NCBI GenBank assembly: GCA_964609625.1
Contig: CAZSRS010000020.1
Span: 584-64,583 of the forward strand
Source: an uncultured Desulfovibrionaceae bacterium
GTDB taxonomy: Bacteria > Desulfobacterota > Desulfovibrionia > Desulfovibrionales > Desulfovibrionaceae
DNA: 64,000 nucleotides
Reading direction: 5' to 3'
Below the pieces are notes generated by a model. The model was not told where the DNA came from. It did no database searches and saw nothing but the letters and a program-made list of their open reading frames with translations. Below, piece after piece: positions 7,050 through 16,187 of the stretch (position 1 is the first letter of the stretch; each line of letters begins with the position of its first letter). Position numbers and translations under genes: made by a program.

Positions 7050-9590
7050 ATGCGTTTCAGGTCCATCAGCACCAGACTCACCCTGGCCTCCTTTGTCTCC
7101 ATCGTCTTTTCCAGCGTCTTGATCCTGGCCGGCGTGCTCTGGCTGCAATACGAGGGAGTGGAGGGGCAGGCCGCGACCTATCACGACTTGGCGTTGGAGA
7201 AGGCCAAGAGCAATCTGGAGGAAGTGGTCGGCTTGGGGTGCTCGTTGTTCCAGGCCGAACACGGTGGCATGCTCGCCGAAATCCAGGGTATGGACACCAT
7301 CTCGCGCAATTTCATCACCATGCTGGATTCGGTCTACTACTACGAGATCACCTTCAATCCCACGGACCAACAACTGCGGGACAGGATCTTCGACCAGCTG
7401 CACGAGCGGTTTCCCCAGGATTTTGTCTTTGTCCTGAACACGGCGGGGAAGATCGTGGGGTTTCCGGGGCGCGACGACCTCACGGCGCGGCTTGGGGGCA
7501 AGGATTTCAATGCGTTGGCAGCCATGGCCGGCGCGGATCCAGAGAGCGCGGCAAAGCTCAAGGACGTGATCGTGGAATCCTTCAAGAACCAGGAACAGGG
7601 GGCGGCCTTCACCTTTACCTGGCCCCGCGGCGTGGGAGAGCCGGCGGACGCCGCTTTCTGCCACGCCATGTATTTCCAGCCGCTGAGCTGGGTGGTGGGC
7701 GTGGCCAAGTTCAGGGCCGATCTGGACCGCCACTATTTGGGCAGGGCCCTGAACGCCCTGGCCCTGCACCGGAGCGGCGAGGGCGGCTATCTCTGGGCCT
7801 TGGACCTGAACGGAACCATGCTCATGCATCCAGATCGCCCCGAACTGGTGGGGCGGAGCATGGAGTCCTACAGTGACGGCACGGGCAAGGCGGTGTTTTC
7901 CGACATGATCGGGCAGGCGCGGGACAAGGGGCAGGGATTCGTCTCCTACCTCTGGTCCAGGGCCTCCGGAGAGCGGGAGCGGGAGAAGCTCGCCCATGTC
8001 CGGCTCTTCGAACCCTGGTCCGTGATCCTGGGCGCCGGGTTGTACACCGACGACATCCTGGCCCGGGCCGAGCAGGGGCGTCAGGAGTACCGCCAGGCCG
8101 TGTACCGGAACACCCTCACGCTGGCGCCGTTCGTCCTGGTCGTGGTCCTGTTCACGGTGCTGGCCAGCTCACGCTACATCCTGCGCATCGTGGGGCGCCC
8201 CATCGCCCGACTCACTGCCTTTTCGCAGCGCATCGAGCAGGGCGACCTGGAGGCAGAGGTGGAACCGGCCCTGTACATCGCGGAAATCAGGGCACTCAAG
8301 GACGCCCAGGTGTCCATGGTGTCGACATTGCGACAGAACATGCGGGAGGCGCGGGCCCAGGGCGCCCAGGCGGAACGGCAGGCCCGTGAAGCGGAAGAGG
8401 CGTATAGCAGGGCCGAGGCGGCCCGCAGGCTGGCGGAAAAGGTGGAGCGCTACCAGAAACAGGAGATCCTCGCCTTGACCGGGGTGTTGCAGGGAATGGC
8501 CGACGGCGACCTGACCGTGCGCTACCATGCCGGCGAAGCCGATGCCGACCTGACCGAGGCCGGAACAGGTTTCAAGGTGCTGGAGCGGGCGGTGAACCAA
8601 AGCGCGGCCAACCTGGGGCAGCTCATGCAGCACATGCAGGCCGCTTTTTCCAACCTCTTCCTGTCTGCCCAGAAGTTCCTGAAGATATCCGAACAGCTCC
8701 TGGCCGGATCCGAGGAGATCTCCCAGCAGACCAACGGGGTTGCCGGCGCCACCGAGGAGATGTCCCTGAACGTCACTACCATGGCCGCTTCCACCGAACA
8801 GATGAGCGTGAACGTGAACAACATCTCGGGCACTGCCGAGGAAATATCCGTGACACTGAATCACGTGGCCCGCGCCATCCAGCGATTGGACGACTCCATC
8901 GGCGAGATATCCGGCAATGCCCAGGATGGGGCACGAGTGGCGGAAGAGGCCCGGCGCATGGCCGACGAGGCCTCGCGGAGCATGAGCACCCTGGGCGGGG
9001 CGGCCAAGGACATCGGCAAGGTCACCGGCGTGATCAAGCGCATCGCCGAGCAGACCAACCTTTTGGCCCTCAACGCCACCATCGAGGCCGCTTCGGCCGG
9101 AGACGCGGGCAAGGGCTTCGCCGTGGTGGCCCACGAGATCAAGGAACTGGCCAACAAGTCGGCCAAGGCGGCGGAGGACATCGCCGAGAAGATTCAGGGG
9201 GTGCAGCACAACACGACCCAGGCCGTGGAGGTCATTTCAAGGGTCACGGAGATCATCCTCAGCATCAGCACCGCGGTCAAGGACATCAGCAGGGCCGTGG
9301 AGGAGCAGGTGGAATCGAGCAGGGAGATCAGCTTGAGCGTGCAGGAGACCAATCAGGGCGCCGGAGGCATGGCTCTGTCCATATCCGAGGCGGACAAGGG
9401 GGCCCTGGAGATGTCCAGGAACGCCGGCGAAGCGGCCAAGGCCATCAACGATATCGCAGAGAATATCCAGGGTTTGAACAAGCTGGCCCGCATCGGCGCG
9501 GACAGTGCCCACGAGGTGCACGAAGCGGCCTCCAGGCTGGCGGAACTCGCCAGTACCCTGGAGGCCTTCGTGAAGCGTTTCAAGGTCTGA
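7050..9590 (+). CDS. Methyl-accepting chemotaxis protein with periplasmic Cache-type sensor and HAMP domains
   Basis: N-terminal TM helix; Cache-like block GGYLWALDLNGTMLMHPDRPELVGRSM...GFVSYLWSR...EKLAHVRLFEPWSVILGAGLYTDDI; second TM; HAMP; highly conserved signalling hairpin IAEQTNLLALNATIEAASAGDAGKGFAVVAHEIKELA. ATG 7050 is preceded by AGGGAGGA. Confidence 0.9.
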   Translation: MRFRSISTRLTLASFVSIVFSSVLILAGVLWLQYEGVEGQAATYHDLALEKAKSNLEEVVGLGCSLFQAEHGGMLAEIQGMDTISRNFITMLDSVYYYEITFNPTDQQLRDRIFDQLHERFPQDFVFVLNTAGKIVGFPGRDDLTARLGGKDFNALAAMAGADPESAAKLKDVIVESFKNQEQGAAFTFTWPRGVGEPADAAFCHAMYFQPLSWVVGVAKFRADLDRHYLGRALNALALHRSGEGGYLWALDLNGTMLMHPDRPELVGRSMESYSDGTGKAVFSDMIGQARDKGQGFVSYLWSRASGEREREKLAHVRLFEPWSVILGAGLYTDDILARAEQGRQEYRQAVYRNTLTLAPFVLVVVLFTVLASSRYILRIVGRPIARLTAFSQRIEQGDLEAEVEPALYIAEIRALKDAQVSMVSTLRQNMREARAQGAQAERQAREAEEAYSRAEAARRLAEKVERYQKQEILALTGVLQGMADGDLTVRYHAGEADADLTEAGTGFKVLERAVNQSAANLGQLMQHMQAAFSNLFLSAQKFLKISEQLLAGSEEISQQTNGVAGATEEMSLNVTTMAASTEQMSVNVNNISGTAEEISVTLNHVARAIQRLDDSIGEISGNAQDGARVAEEARRMADEASRSMSTLGGAAKDIGKVTGVIKRIAEQTNLLALNATIEAASAGDAGKGFAVVAHEIKELANKSAKAAEDIAEKIQGVQHNTTQAVEVISRVTEIILSISTAVKDISRAVEEQVESSREISLSVQETNQGAGGMALSISEADKGALEMSRNAGEAAKAINDIAENIQGLNKLARIGADSAHEVHEAASRLAELASTLEAFVKRFKV

Positions 9591-9637
9591 ATGCGCTCCC
9601 ACCGCATACGGCGTCAGGCGTTTGCAGTGGGATGGTG

Positions 9638-10768
9638 TCATTTCTCGAACAGCAGGGGTGCTCCGATGATGATCTCAACGCGGCGGTTGCTGGCGCGGCC
9701 TTCCGGCGTCTCGTTGCTGGCTTCGGGCCGGAAGTAGGCGGCGCCGACCGCGGCGAGGCGTTGCGGATCCAGGTCCGAGTTGTCCAGGATGTAGCGTACC
9801 ACGGCACTGGCCCGGCCGGCCGAGAGTTCCCAGTTCGTGGGAAATATCTTCTGGAAGTCGTGGGAAATGCCCACGTCGTCCGTGTGCCCCACCACGTAGA
9901 TCTGGCGGTCTTCCACCTTGGCCAGCGAGGGCAGGACCTTTTGCAGGACATCGAGACCTTGGGGCGTGATCCTCGTGCTCCCGGTCTTGAAGAGAATCCG
10001 GCCCAGGATGTTGATCTGAACGCGGTTCTTGAAGCGTTCGATGGCCACTTCCTTTTCTTGGATTTCCTTTTTGAGATCCTGGATCAGGCCTTCATAGGCA
10101 TCGGACATCTGCAGTTCAGCCCGGTGTTTGCTTTCGAACTCGGCGGCCTGGGCGCGGCATTGGTCCAAATTTTCCTGCAGGGAGTTGATGCGGTCGGTCT
10201 TGTTCGTGGCGTCGGCCTGTTGCTTGAGGTCCTCGATCTCCTTGGCCAGGGTTTCGCAATCGAGCTGTTGCTCCAGCCGCGCGGCCAGCTCCTGGGCTTT
10301 TTCCCTGCACTCTTGCAACTGGGCTGTCAGATTGGTGACCGTGTCGCGGGCCTGTTGCAAGGCCTGGGGATCCACGCCATCTTCAACGGCTTTCTTGCAG
10401 GACTCGAAATCCTCCTTGAGTCGCAGATAGCGTTCCTCGGCTTGTTCCAGGGCCTGGCGGGCGTCCGTCACAGTGCTTTTTTCCCTGTCCAATGCGGCGA
10501 TTTTGCGTTGCAGATCCTCAATGTTCCGTTCAGAGGTGTCCATCTGCGTCTTGGCATTGTTCAGGCTGCGTTGCAGTGATTCGAGGTCTCTTTCGAGCAG
10601 GACGACACGTTTTTCGCTTTGTTCGAAGGCTTGATTTTGCGAGGAATACTTGAGGTAGAAGTAGATCATGCCGGCAGCGAGCAGAAGAAGCAGAATCGCC
10701 AACAACCAAATGATTCCACTACTGCCTTTGCTTTGGGAGGGTGCAGGTTGTGAAAGGCCGTTAGTCAT
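9638..10768 (-). CDS. OmpA/MotB-family peptidoglycan-binding protein with N-terminal TM and long coiled coil
   Basis: C-terminus VVGHTDDVGIS...NWELSAGRASAVVRYIL...GAAYFRPEASNETPEGRASNRRVEIII is the OmpA_C-like signature. The middle region is heptad-rich (E/Q/L/K). Confidence 0.85.
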   Translation of the reverse strand: MTNGLSQPAPSQSKGSSGIIWLLAILLLLLAAGMIYFYLKYSSQNQAFEQSEKRVVLLERDLESLQRSLNNAKTQMDTSERNIEDLQRKIAALDREKSTVTDARQALEQAEERYLRLKEDFESCKKAVEDGVDPQALQQARDTVTNLTAQLQECREKAQELAARLEQQLDCETLAKEIEDLKQQADATNKTDRINSLQENLDQCRAQAAEFESKHRAELQMSDAYEGLIQDLKKEIQEKEVAIERFKNRVQINILGRILFKTGSTRITPQGLDVLQKVLPSLAKVEDRQIYVVGHTDDVGISHDFQKIFPTNWELSAGRASAVVRYILDNSDLDPQRLAAVGAAYFRPEASNETPEGRASNRRVEIIIGAPLLFEK

Positions 10769-10863
10769 GGACGCCTCCTTGGCTTGTGCTGGAGTTGTCG
10801 TATGGCGTAACGCAAGCCCTAGCCGCTCACTCCTCGGTCAGTGGGTCGTGGCCTGCGCGTACG

Positions 10864-11676
10864 TCAGTTTCCCGCCTCCCTGGTGAAAAAGTCCACCACG
10901 GTCCAGGCAGCGGAAAAAGAGGGTGATCCTCCTGCGGATGCGCCGCCGATTTCCATGCCTGGGGAGTCGAAGATGTAACGTTGCACGCCGCTGTTGGCCA
11001 GGGAGCATTCATAGCGCTCCCTGGAGTAGTCCGGACGACGTATCTTTTGCGGCAGGGGCGAGCATCCGTTGTTGTGTGCCCAGAACGAGGCCGCCCGGGT
11101 ACTGCCGTCCTGCCCACCGGCGAGGCTGAAGACAATGGCCGGGATGGGCTTCACGGGCCGGCAGTCCGGAAGGGGGGGCCCGCCTTGGAACAAAGCCAGC
11201 CCACCGATGCGGTGCGATCGCTCGCAGGCCAGTTGTCCGATCAGGTCGGCTCCGCTGCCCCGCCCCACCAGGAAGAGCCGCGCGGGGTCCACGGCGTGTT
11301 CGGCCACGAGGACGTCCATGAGCGTGTCGAGGATAGTCAAGGATTTGTCCCGCGTGGAAAGCGCCGCGGCTTCGGGAATTACCAGCACATAACCACGGGC
11401 CCTGGCCGCCGTGCGCAATGACGGAGCCAGGGAGGAGCTGTCCGCGCCGAGAAGCAGCAAGGCCGGAAAACGTCTGTTTTTGGCGTATCCTCTGGGATAA
11501 AAAACGACAGCGGGGACGGTGAGGTCTCCGATGTGCAGGGACAGCGTGGTTGTGGCGTCCGGTCGGCTCTCGCTGAGCCAGTCATAGGCCTGTCCGGCGG
11601 AATCTCCCATGCCCGCGCAGGCCCCCAGCGTGAGGTTCAAGGACAACAGGACGAGAAAAAAACGTGTGTGATTCAT
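10864..11676 (-). CDS. Lipoprotein, alpha/beta-hydrolase (esterase / PHB-depolymerase-like) fold
   Basis: Signal peptide with lipobox LTLGAC. Blocks PALLLLGADSS, FLVGRGSGADL and AIVFSLAGGQDG recall LpqC-type esterases, but the nucleophile elbow is not canonical GxSxG, so the function is tentative. Confidence 0.55.
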   Translation of the reverse strand: MNHTRFFLVLLSLNLTLGACAGMGDSAGQAYDWLSESRPDATTTLSLHIGDLTVPAVVFYPRGYAKNRRFPALLLLGADSSSLAPSLRTAARARGYVLVIPEAAALSTRDKSLTILDTLMDVLVAEHAVDPARLFLVGRGSGADLIGQLACERSHRIGGLALFQGGPPLPDCRPVKPIPAIVFSLAGGQDGSTRAASFWAHNNGCSPLPQKIRRPDYSRERYECSLANSGVQRYIFDSPGMEIGGASAGGSPSFSAAWTVVDFFTREAGN

Positions 11677-11839
11677 GGATCTGCCCACGTTACGTGTCTC
11701 GACGCCCAGTGGCCATCAGGCGCCCTGGCTTCATTCGTTGGTCCACATCCCTGTACAGTATTGCAGGAAAAAGGCAAAGCCCAAACAGGGGCGGGAACGG
11801 AGGTGCGTTGTGAACAGGTCACAAACGGCGGGATCGATC

Positions 11840-12520
11840 ATGGAGAGGCTCGGCTCCCTTGCCGATCCAGGAAGGCTTTCAGGCATGGCCCGCTATGGCA
11901 TCGACGCCAGCCAGGCAATAGGGCTGAGCATTCCGGTGCTGCGGAGCGAGGCAGGCCGGCTGAACAATGAGCGGGGCGACGAGGAGCGCCATGATCTGGC
12001 CCAGGCGCTCTGGGATACGGGAATTCACGAGGCGCGCATTTTGGCCTCCATGGTGGATGCGCCACGCCAGGTGCGTGAGGGGCAAATGGAATGCTGGGCC
12101 GCAGCGTTCACCTCCTGGGACCTCTGCGATCAGTGCTGCAACAATTTGTTCCGCCACGCCGCGCCTGCCTGGGACATGGCGATAGCCTGGGCCTCGCGGA
12201 GTGTGCATGGCCCGGAATTCACGGTGCGCGCCGGTTTCGTGCTCATGGCCACCCTGGCGGTGGGCGACAAGCACGCTCGAGATGATAGGTTTCTGGCGTT
12301 CTTTCCCTTGCTGCGCTCCGGCTGCGTGGACGGACGCAACTACGTGAAAAAGGCCGTGAGCTGGGCACTGCGGCAGATCGGCAAACGCAACGTGGTCCTG
12401 CATGCGGAGGCCCTGGCTCTTGCCCGGTGGATGCGGGATCAGCCCGCTCGCGAGGCCCGCTGGACAGGCAAAGACGTCCTGCGTGACATCGAACGGCCGG
12501 CTGTGCTTGAACGTCTGTGA
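11840..12520 (+). CDS. DNA alkylation repair protein (AlkD-like HEAT-repeat family)
   Basis: LADPGRLSGMARYGI..., IHEARILASM and NYVKKAVSWALRQIGKRN are typical DNA_alkylation family blocks. The start is uncertain (ATG 11840 or an upstream GTG). Confidence 0.75.
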   Translation: MERLGSLADPGRLSGMARYGIDASQAIGLSIPVLRSEAGRLNNERGDEERHDLAQALWDTGIHEARILASMVDAPRQVREGQMECWAAAFTSWDLCDQCCNNLFRHAAPAWDMAIAWASRSVHGPEFTVRAGFVLMATLAVGDKHARDDRFLAFFPLLRSGCVDGRNYVKKAVSWALRQIGKRNVVLHAEALALARWMRDQPAREARWTGKDVLRDIERPAVLERL

Positions 12521-12651
12521 GTACACGCGGTTAGACTGTGGATAAAGTGTTCATAACCTGTGCGTGACCTGGTTGTTTCCTGTAACCGCTTTGTTTCCTT
12601 GAATCTGCCGACGGGCTTGCGGCGTGCGATTGGAAAGGGTAAAGTGCTTCC

Positions 12652-12870
12652 ATGAGGAAGAGTCCCTATCCAGCGGTGAACGCCGCCCTCCGCGTCCGCA
12701 TGCTCGGGCCCCTGTGCCAGGCCTCCAGGGTGAGCGGACTTCCCGTGCCTTCGCTCCTGCGTCGGGCCGTGGAGCGCCACTTGCTCAACCGCCGGAACAT
12801 CGCCAGCCTGGCCACATGGCGCCGCGCCATGGCCGTGCTCTCCCACGAGCACGATACCGTGGACTTCTGA
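12652..12870 (+). CDS. Small ribbon-helix-helix (CopG/MobC-like) protein, hypothetical
   Basis: ALRVRMLGPLCQASRVSGLPVPSLLRRAVERHLL fits the RHH pattern (beta-strand, then helix ..A...G.S.S.LLR.A....L). No clear Shine-Dalgarno. Confidence 0.4.
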   Translation: MRKSPYPAVNAALRVRMLGPLCQASRVSGLPVPSLLRRAVERHLLNRRNIASLATWRRAMAVLSHEHDTVDF

Positions 12871-12970
12871 CCCTCCCCTGGTCTCGGCAGAACACGGTCG
12901 CCCTTTTCGTTGCCCCTCCCGCGCGTCGCCCCGATTCGGGAACGACGCATTTTTTCTGTCCTGAATTCTC

Positions 12971-12998
12971 TAAAGTGGTTCACAATACCGTCCGAAAT
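12971..12998 (+). promoter_or_regulatory. Candidate sigma-28 (FliA) promoter upstream of the rod-like gene
   Basis: TAAAgtgg (12971-) and tCCGAaat (12991-12998), separated by 16 nt, approximate TAAA-N15-GCCGATAA. They lie about 35 nt upstream of the ATG at 13033. Confidence 0.35.
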
Positions 12999-13032
12999 GA
13001 TTATCAGGAATAACAGGACCAGGAGGTGCGCA

Positions 13033-13416
13033 ATGGCCATTGAAACCAATCTCTCCGCCCTTGGTGCCTTTGGCACGGGCATGGCCGTGACGGCGAACAA
13101 CATCGCCAACGTGAACACCAACGGGTTCCGGGCCAGCCGGACTCATTTGGAGACCGGTCCGCAGGACCAGGGCGTGCGCGTGGCGGAGATTCGCGAGAGC
13201 ACCACCCCCGGCCCCTTGGTTCCAAGCCTGGAGCGCGTGGAAGACCCCGATACCGGTCGCGTATCCACCGAATACCAATATGTGGAGGGCAGCAACACGG
13301 ACTTGGCGCGGGAAATGGTGGACATGATCAGCACGCAGAACGCCTACGACGCCAATGCCGCGGTCATCAGGACCGAGAGCGAGATGAGCGGAACGGTGCT
13401 CGATCTTATCGCCTGA
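13033..13416 (+). CDS. Short flagellar basal-body rod family protein (FlgB/FlgC-like), solitary
   Basis: N-terminal rod motif ANNIANVNTNGFRA and C-terminal rod motif SNTDLAREMVDMISTQNAYDANAAVIRT. AGGAGG lies 7 nt upstream of ATG 13033. Only 127 aa. Confidence 0.75.
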   Translation: MAIETNLSALGAFGTGMAVTANNIANVNTNGFRASRTHLETGPQDQGVRVAEIRESTTPGPLVPSLERVEDPDTGRVSTEYQYVEGSNTDLAREMVDMISTQNAYDANAAVIRTESEMSGTVLDLIA

Positions 13417-13453
13417 TCCGTTCAACGTCGCCGCTTGAGGGAAAAATACCCTG

Positions 13454-13490
13454 CCCCCTTATGGTAAGACCATTCGGGGGTTTGTTTTTG
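13454..13490 (+). terminator. Rho-independent terminator after the rod-like gene
   Basis: CCCCTTATGG-TAAGA-CCATTCGGGG stem with a small internal mismatch, followed by TTTGTTTTTGGGTTT. Confidence 0.6.
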
Positions 13491-13651
13491 GGTTTGGGAC
13501 GGCCAATAAATAGTTCGTGATTACGGTGCGTTACGCGTTGGCTCGAAAAGGGGGCTCACAAGGCGGTTGTAAGGTCGCGAAACTGCGGGCGCTTGCGCGG
13601 AGGGACTGAATCGTGAAGAATGCGCCATCTTGAAATACAAGGAGCGCCAGC

Positions 13652-13969
13652 ATGGGATACGATGAGATCCGTGTCTACGGCCGCCTGGAAAACGTTTCCC
13701 CTGACGCGGCCGATCTCGAGGATGATTTCGAGTTTACCGAGTTCGCGTATGATGACGGCGAACTCGATCTGGAGTACGAGGGCAACTTCTTCTATCTCGA
13801 CGACTTCATCGACCGCCTGGAACCCTGCCTGACCTCCCACAGCAAGGGGCGTGTCGACTACATCGACCAGCAGGCCTTCCGCATGACGCGGTTCAAGGTC
13901 GAGGCCGGCCAACTGCAACGCCTGGAAGTGGACTTGAACAACGTCCTCGAACGCTATAGCCGGGAGTGA
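13652..13969 (+). CDS. Hypothetical acidic cytoplasmic protein (105 aa)
   Basis: Clean ORF with a CAAGGAG Shine-Dalgarno and GC-rich third positions. D/E-rich N-terminal half. No motif recognised. Confidence 0.6.
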   Translation: MGYDEIRVYGRLENVSPDAADLEDDFEFTEFAYDDGELDLEYEGNFFYLDDFIDRLEPCLTSHSKGRVDYIDQQAFRMTRFKVEAGQLQRLEVDLNNVLERYSRE

Positions 13970-13989
13970 ATTGGCTGGTTGTCGGGAAG

Positions 13990-14050
13990 TGCCGATGGCT
14001 TGCGCGGGCTCTTTCCCCATGCTGATCGTCAGTTGTCGGCAGGTTTTTTT
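13990..14050 (+). terminator. Possible terminator (long hairpin plus T7 run)
   Basis: TGCCGA (13990-13995) pairs with TCGGCA (14036-14041) and is followed by GGTTTTTTT. The loop is long, so this is weak. Confidence 0.3.
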
Positions 14051-14187
14051 CTTATATATTCAAGCATGTTCTTGGCGGCGTTGACGCCTCCCCCTTTGTC
14101 TCGACAGAAACGACGCCCCGCGCAACCGCTGGGCACAGCAACGACTGGTGCGTGGTCCCAGCGACGTGGAAGCTTTCCCAGGAAACC

Positions 14188-14958
14188 TTACCCCTTTGTG
14201 CAGACGTAGATGTTGTTGCTCAGCCGGAAACCCTGCTTCCATTCCGGCGGGATCTCCCGCACCGGCTCCAGGCGCACCGTGAATCCGGCCTGGGCCAAAC
14301 GCTCCAGAAAGTCCGCCTGCCCGTAGTCCCGCACATGGTCGTCAGGGCCGAAGCCTCCGGTTGGGGGCGTGTGGTGCACGGTGTCGCCCTTCAGGGTAGG
14401 CACCAGGACAAAGGCCGTGCCGCCACTCTTCAGCACCCGGTGCAATTCGGACAAGGCGCTCCGGTCGTCGGCTACATGCTCCAGCACGTGGCTGCAGATG
14501 ATCCAGTCGAAGCGCTCGTCGGCGAAGGGCAGGGCGGTGATGTCCACCCGTTGGCCGGCGCGCTCCTCCAGGAGGTCGCAGTCCAGGTACTCGAGGTTTT
14601 CACAGCCCGAGAACACGGCCTGTAGGAACGGCTCCGGGGCGAAGTGTAAAAGCGAAGCCGCCCCGGTGAACAACTCGGGGGTTTGCAGCAGCCTGAGCCA
14701 GAGCCGGCGGTGGCGCTCCATGGCGCCGCAGACCGGGCACTTGGCGTTCTCGCGCCAAGGGTGGTGTGGTTTGTGCCGGAAGGGGTCGAAACGGGCCAAG
14801 TCGCTGACGCAGCAAGGGCAGCGCAGGACCTGGCCGTGGAGTTCGGGCCGTTGTTGCAGGAGCTCCTGCCTGCGCGCGGCAAGGCCTGCCATCACGCCGT
14901 CGTAGTGCGTATTGTGTCGCAGGGGGGCGGGCAGGGGGGGGATATCGGGTAAAGGCAT
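14188..14958 (-). CDS. Class I SAM-dependent methyltransferase with N-terminal Cys4 zinc-ribbon
   Basis: CPCC...CPVCG pair, then LHFAPEP..., DITALPFADERFDWIICSHVLEHV and LKSGGTAFVLVP (Methyltransf_11-like motifs). Confidence 0.8.
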   Translation of the reverse strand: MPLPDIPPLPAPLRHNTHYDGVMAGLAARRQELLQQRPELHGQVLRCPCCVSDLARFDPFRHKPHHPWRENAKCPVCGAMERHRRLWLRLLQTPELFTGAASLLHFAPEPFLQAVFSGCENLEYLDCDLLEERAGQRVDITALPFADERFDWIICSHVLEHVADDRSALSELHRVLKSGGTAFVLVPTLKGDTVHHTPPTGGFGPDDHVRDYGQADFLERLAQAGFTVRLEPVREIPPEWKQGFRLSNNIYVCTKG

Positions 14959-15055
14959 CCGGGGTGCGCTCCTGGTTGGTGGCGTTTCAGACAGCCACAG
15001 TTTTGCACGCCCGGTCGGGGTTGTAAACCGAGGGGATTTCGCCCCCGCGCCGGGG

Positions 15056-15919
15056 CTAGCCCTTTCGGTAGACTGTGGGCGCCACGGGATGCAGGGGCAC
15101 GTCCATGCCGGCCATGCTTTCGGAATGACCTATGAACAGGTGGCCACCCATTTTGAGATGGTGGCCGAGTTTTTGGAAGAGCCGCTCCTGTGTGGGGCGG
15201 TCGAAGTAGATGACCACGTTGCGGCAGAAAACCACGTCAAAGGGCTTGTCAAAAGAGAACTCCTCCATGAAATTCAACCGACAGAACTCCACACACTTGC
15301 GGATCTCCGGTGACATACGCACCAGCCCGCTTTTATTACCTCTCCCGCGCAGCATGTAGCGTTCCTTGAACTCCTGAGGCACGGCTTCCACCCTGTCCAG
15401 GGGGTAGACCGCGGCAATGGCCTCTTTCAGGGCCTTGGTGGAGATGTCGGTCCCCAGGATGGCAAACTCGAACCCTTGCTGCACCCTGGCGAACTCGCTG
15501 AGCACGATGGCCAGGGTGTAAGGCTCCATGCCTATGGAGCAGCCGGCGCTCCAGAAGCGCATGGTCCGATACCGGCCGTTCTTGAGCAGCCATTGCGGCA
15601 ACACCTGATGTTTCAGGTATTCGAAGTGCGCGTTTTCACGGAAGAAATGTGTGGTGTTGGTGGTCACCGCGTCGATCAGACTGACCAGTTCATGTTCCAG
15701 GCCCGCGGGACTGAGGAGAAAGCGCACATACTCCCTGTGCGAATTCATGCCCAGGGCGTGCATGCGTTTTTGCAATCTTGCCTCCACCAGGGTCTTCTTG
15801 GCCGGAGTGAGCTTGATGCCCACCTGCCGATAGACGAATTCACTGAATTTCTTGAAATCAGCGTCCGCCAGCTGTGTGGAGGGGCTTCCCGCGGGGATCG
15901 AGGAAGTGGTTGGGGCCAT
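15056..15919 (-). CDS. cheR: Chemotaxis protein methyltransferase CheR
   Basis: FSEFVYRQVGIKLTPAKKTLVEARLQKRM..., TTNTTHFFRE, RFWSAGCSIGMEPYTLAIVL and FCRNVVIYFD are canonical CheR blocks. ATG 15919 was preferred to the TTG at 15949 used by the track. Confidence 0.9.
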   Translation of the reverse strand: MAPTTSSIPAGSPSTQLADADFKKFSEFVYRQVGIKLTPAKKTLVEARLQKRMHALGMNSHREYVRFLLSPAGLEHELVSLIDAVTTNTTHFFRENAHFEYLKHQVLPQWLLKNGRYRTMRFWSAGCSIGMEPYTLAIVLSEFARVQQGFEFAILGTDISTKALKEAIAAVYPLDRVEAVPQEFKERYMLRGRGNKSGLVRMSPEIRKCVEFCRLNFMEEFSFDKPFDVVFCRNVVIYFDRPTQERLFQKLGHHLKMGGHLFIGHSESMAGMDVPLHPVAPTVYRKG

Positions 15920-15939
15920 GCAGACCTCATGCTTGTCTG

Positions 15940-15977
15940 GTTTTGTCAATCATGGGTAAATACCCTTTTGACAAAAC
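15940..15977. repeat. Nested inverted repeat GTTTTGTCAA-N18-TTGACAAAAC with inner GGGTA-AA-TACCC
   Basis: Perfect 10-bp outer arms and 5-bp inner arms in the cheR / nitroreductase divergent intergenic region. Confidence 0.7.
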
Positions 15978-16187
15978 AGGCTCAAGGTGTCTGGCGGTAT
16001 TTTTCCGGGAGCCGTTGACGGGCGGCTGGCAGGGGTTGCGGGGTGAACGCCTCCTGAAAAACGTGTTTGGCGTCCAGTCCCAAGGCCGGAAATCAAGGGC
16101 GCGGAGGGGCACTTGCCCACGGGGCCAGGAAAGGCTACCTACACGAGACGAGAGATGCAGCCTATCGAATGCCCCAACGCATGAGGA

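Noticed and set aside
6414-7997. 527-aa minus-strand ORF spanning the MarC and MCP genes
   Set aside because: Antisense shadow: it crosses an intergenic region and two well-supported plus-strand genes, and its composition is Gly/Pro/His/Val-rich.
8169-9209. 346-aa minus-strand ORF inside the MCP gene
   Set aside because: It lies antisense to the highly conserved MCP signalling domain and has no motifs.
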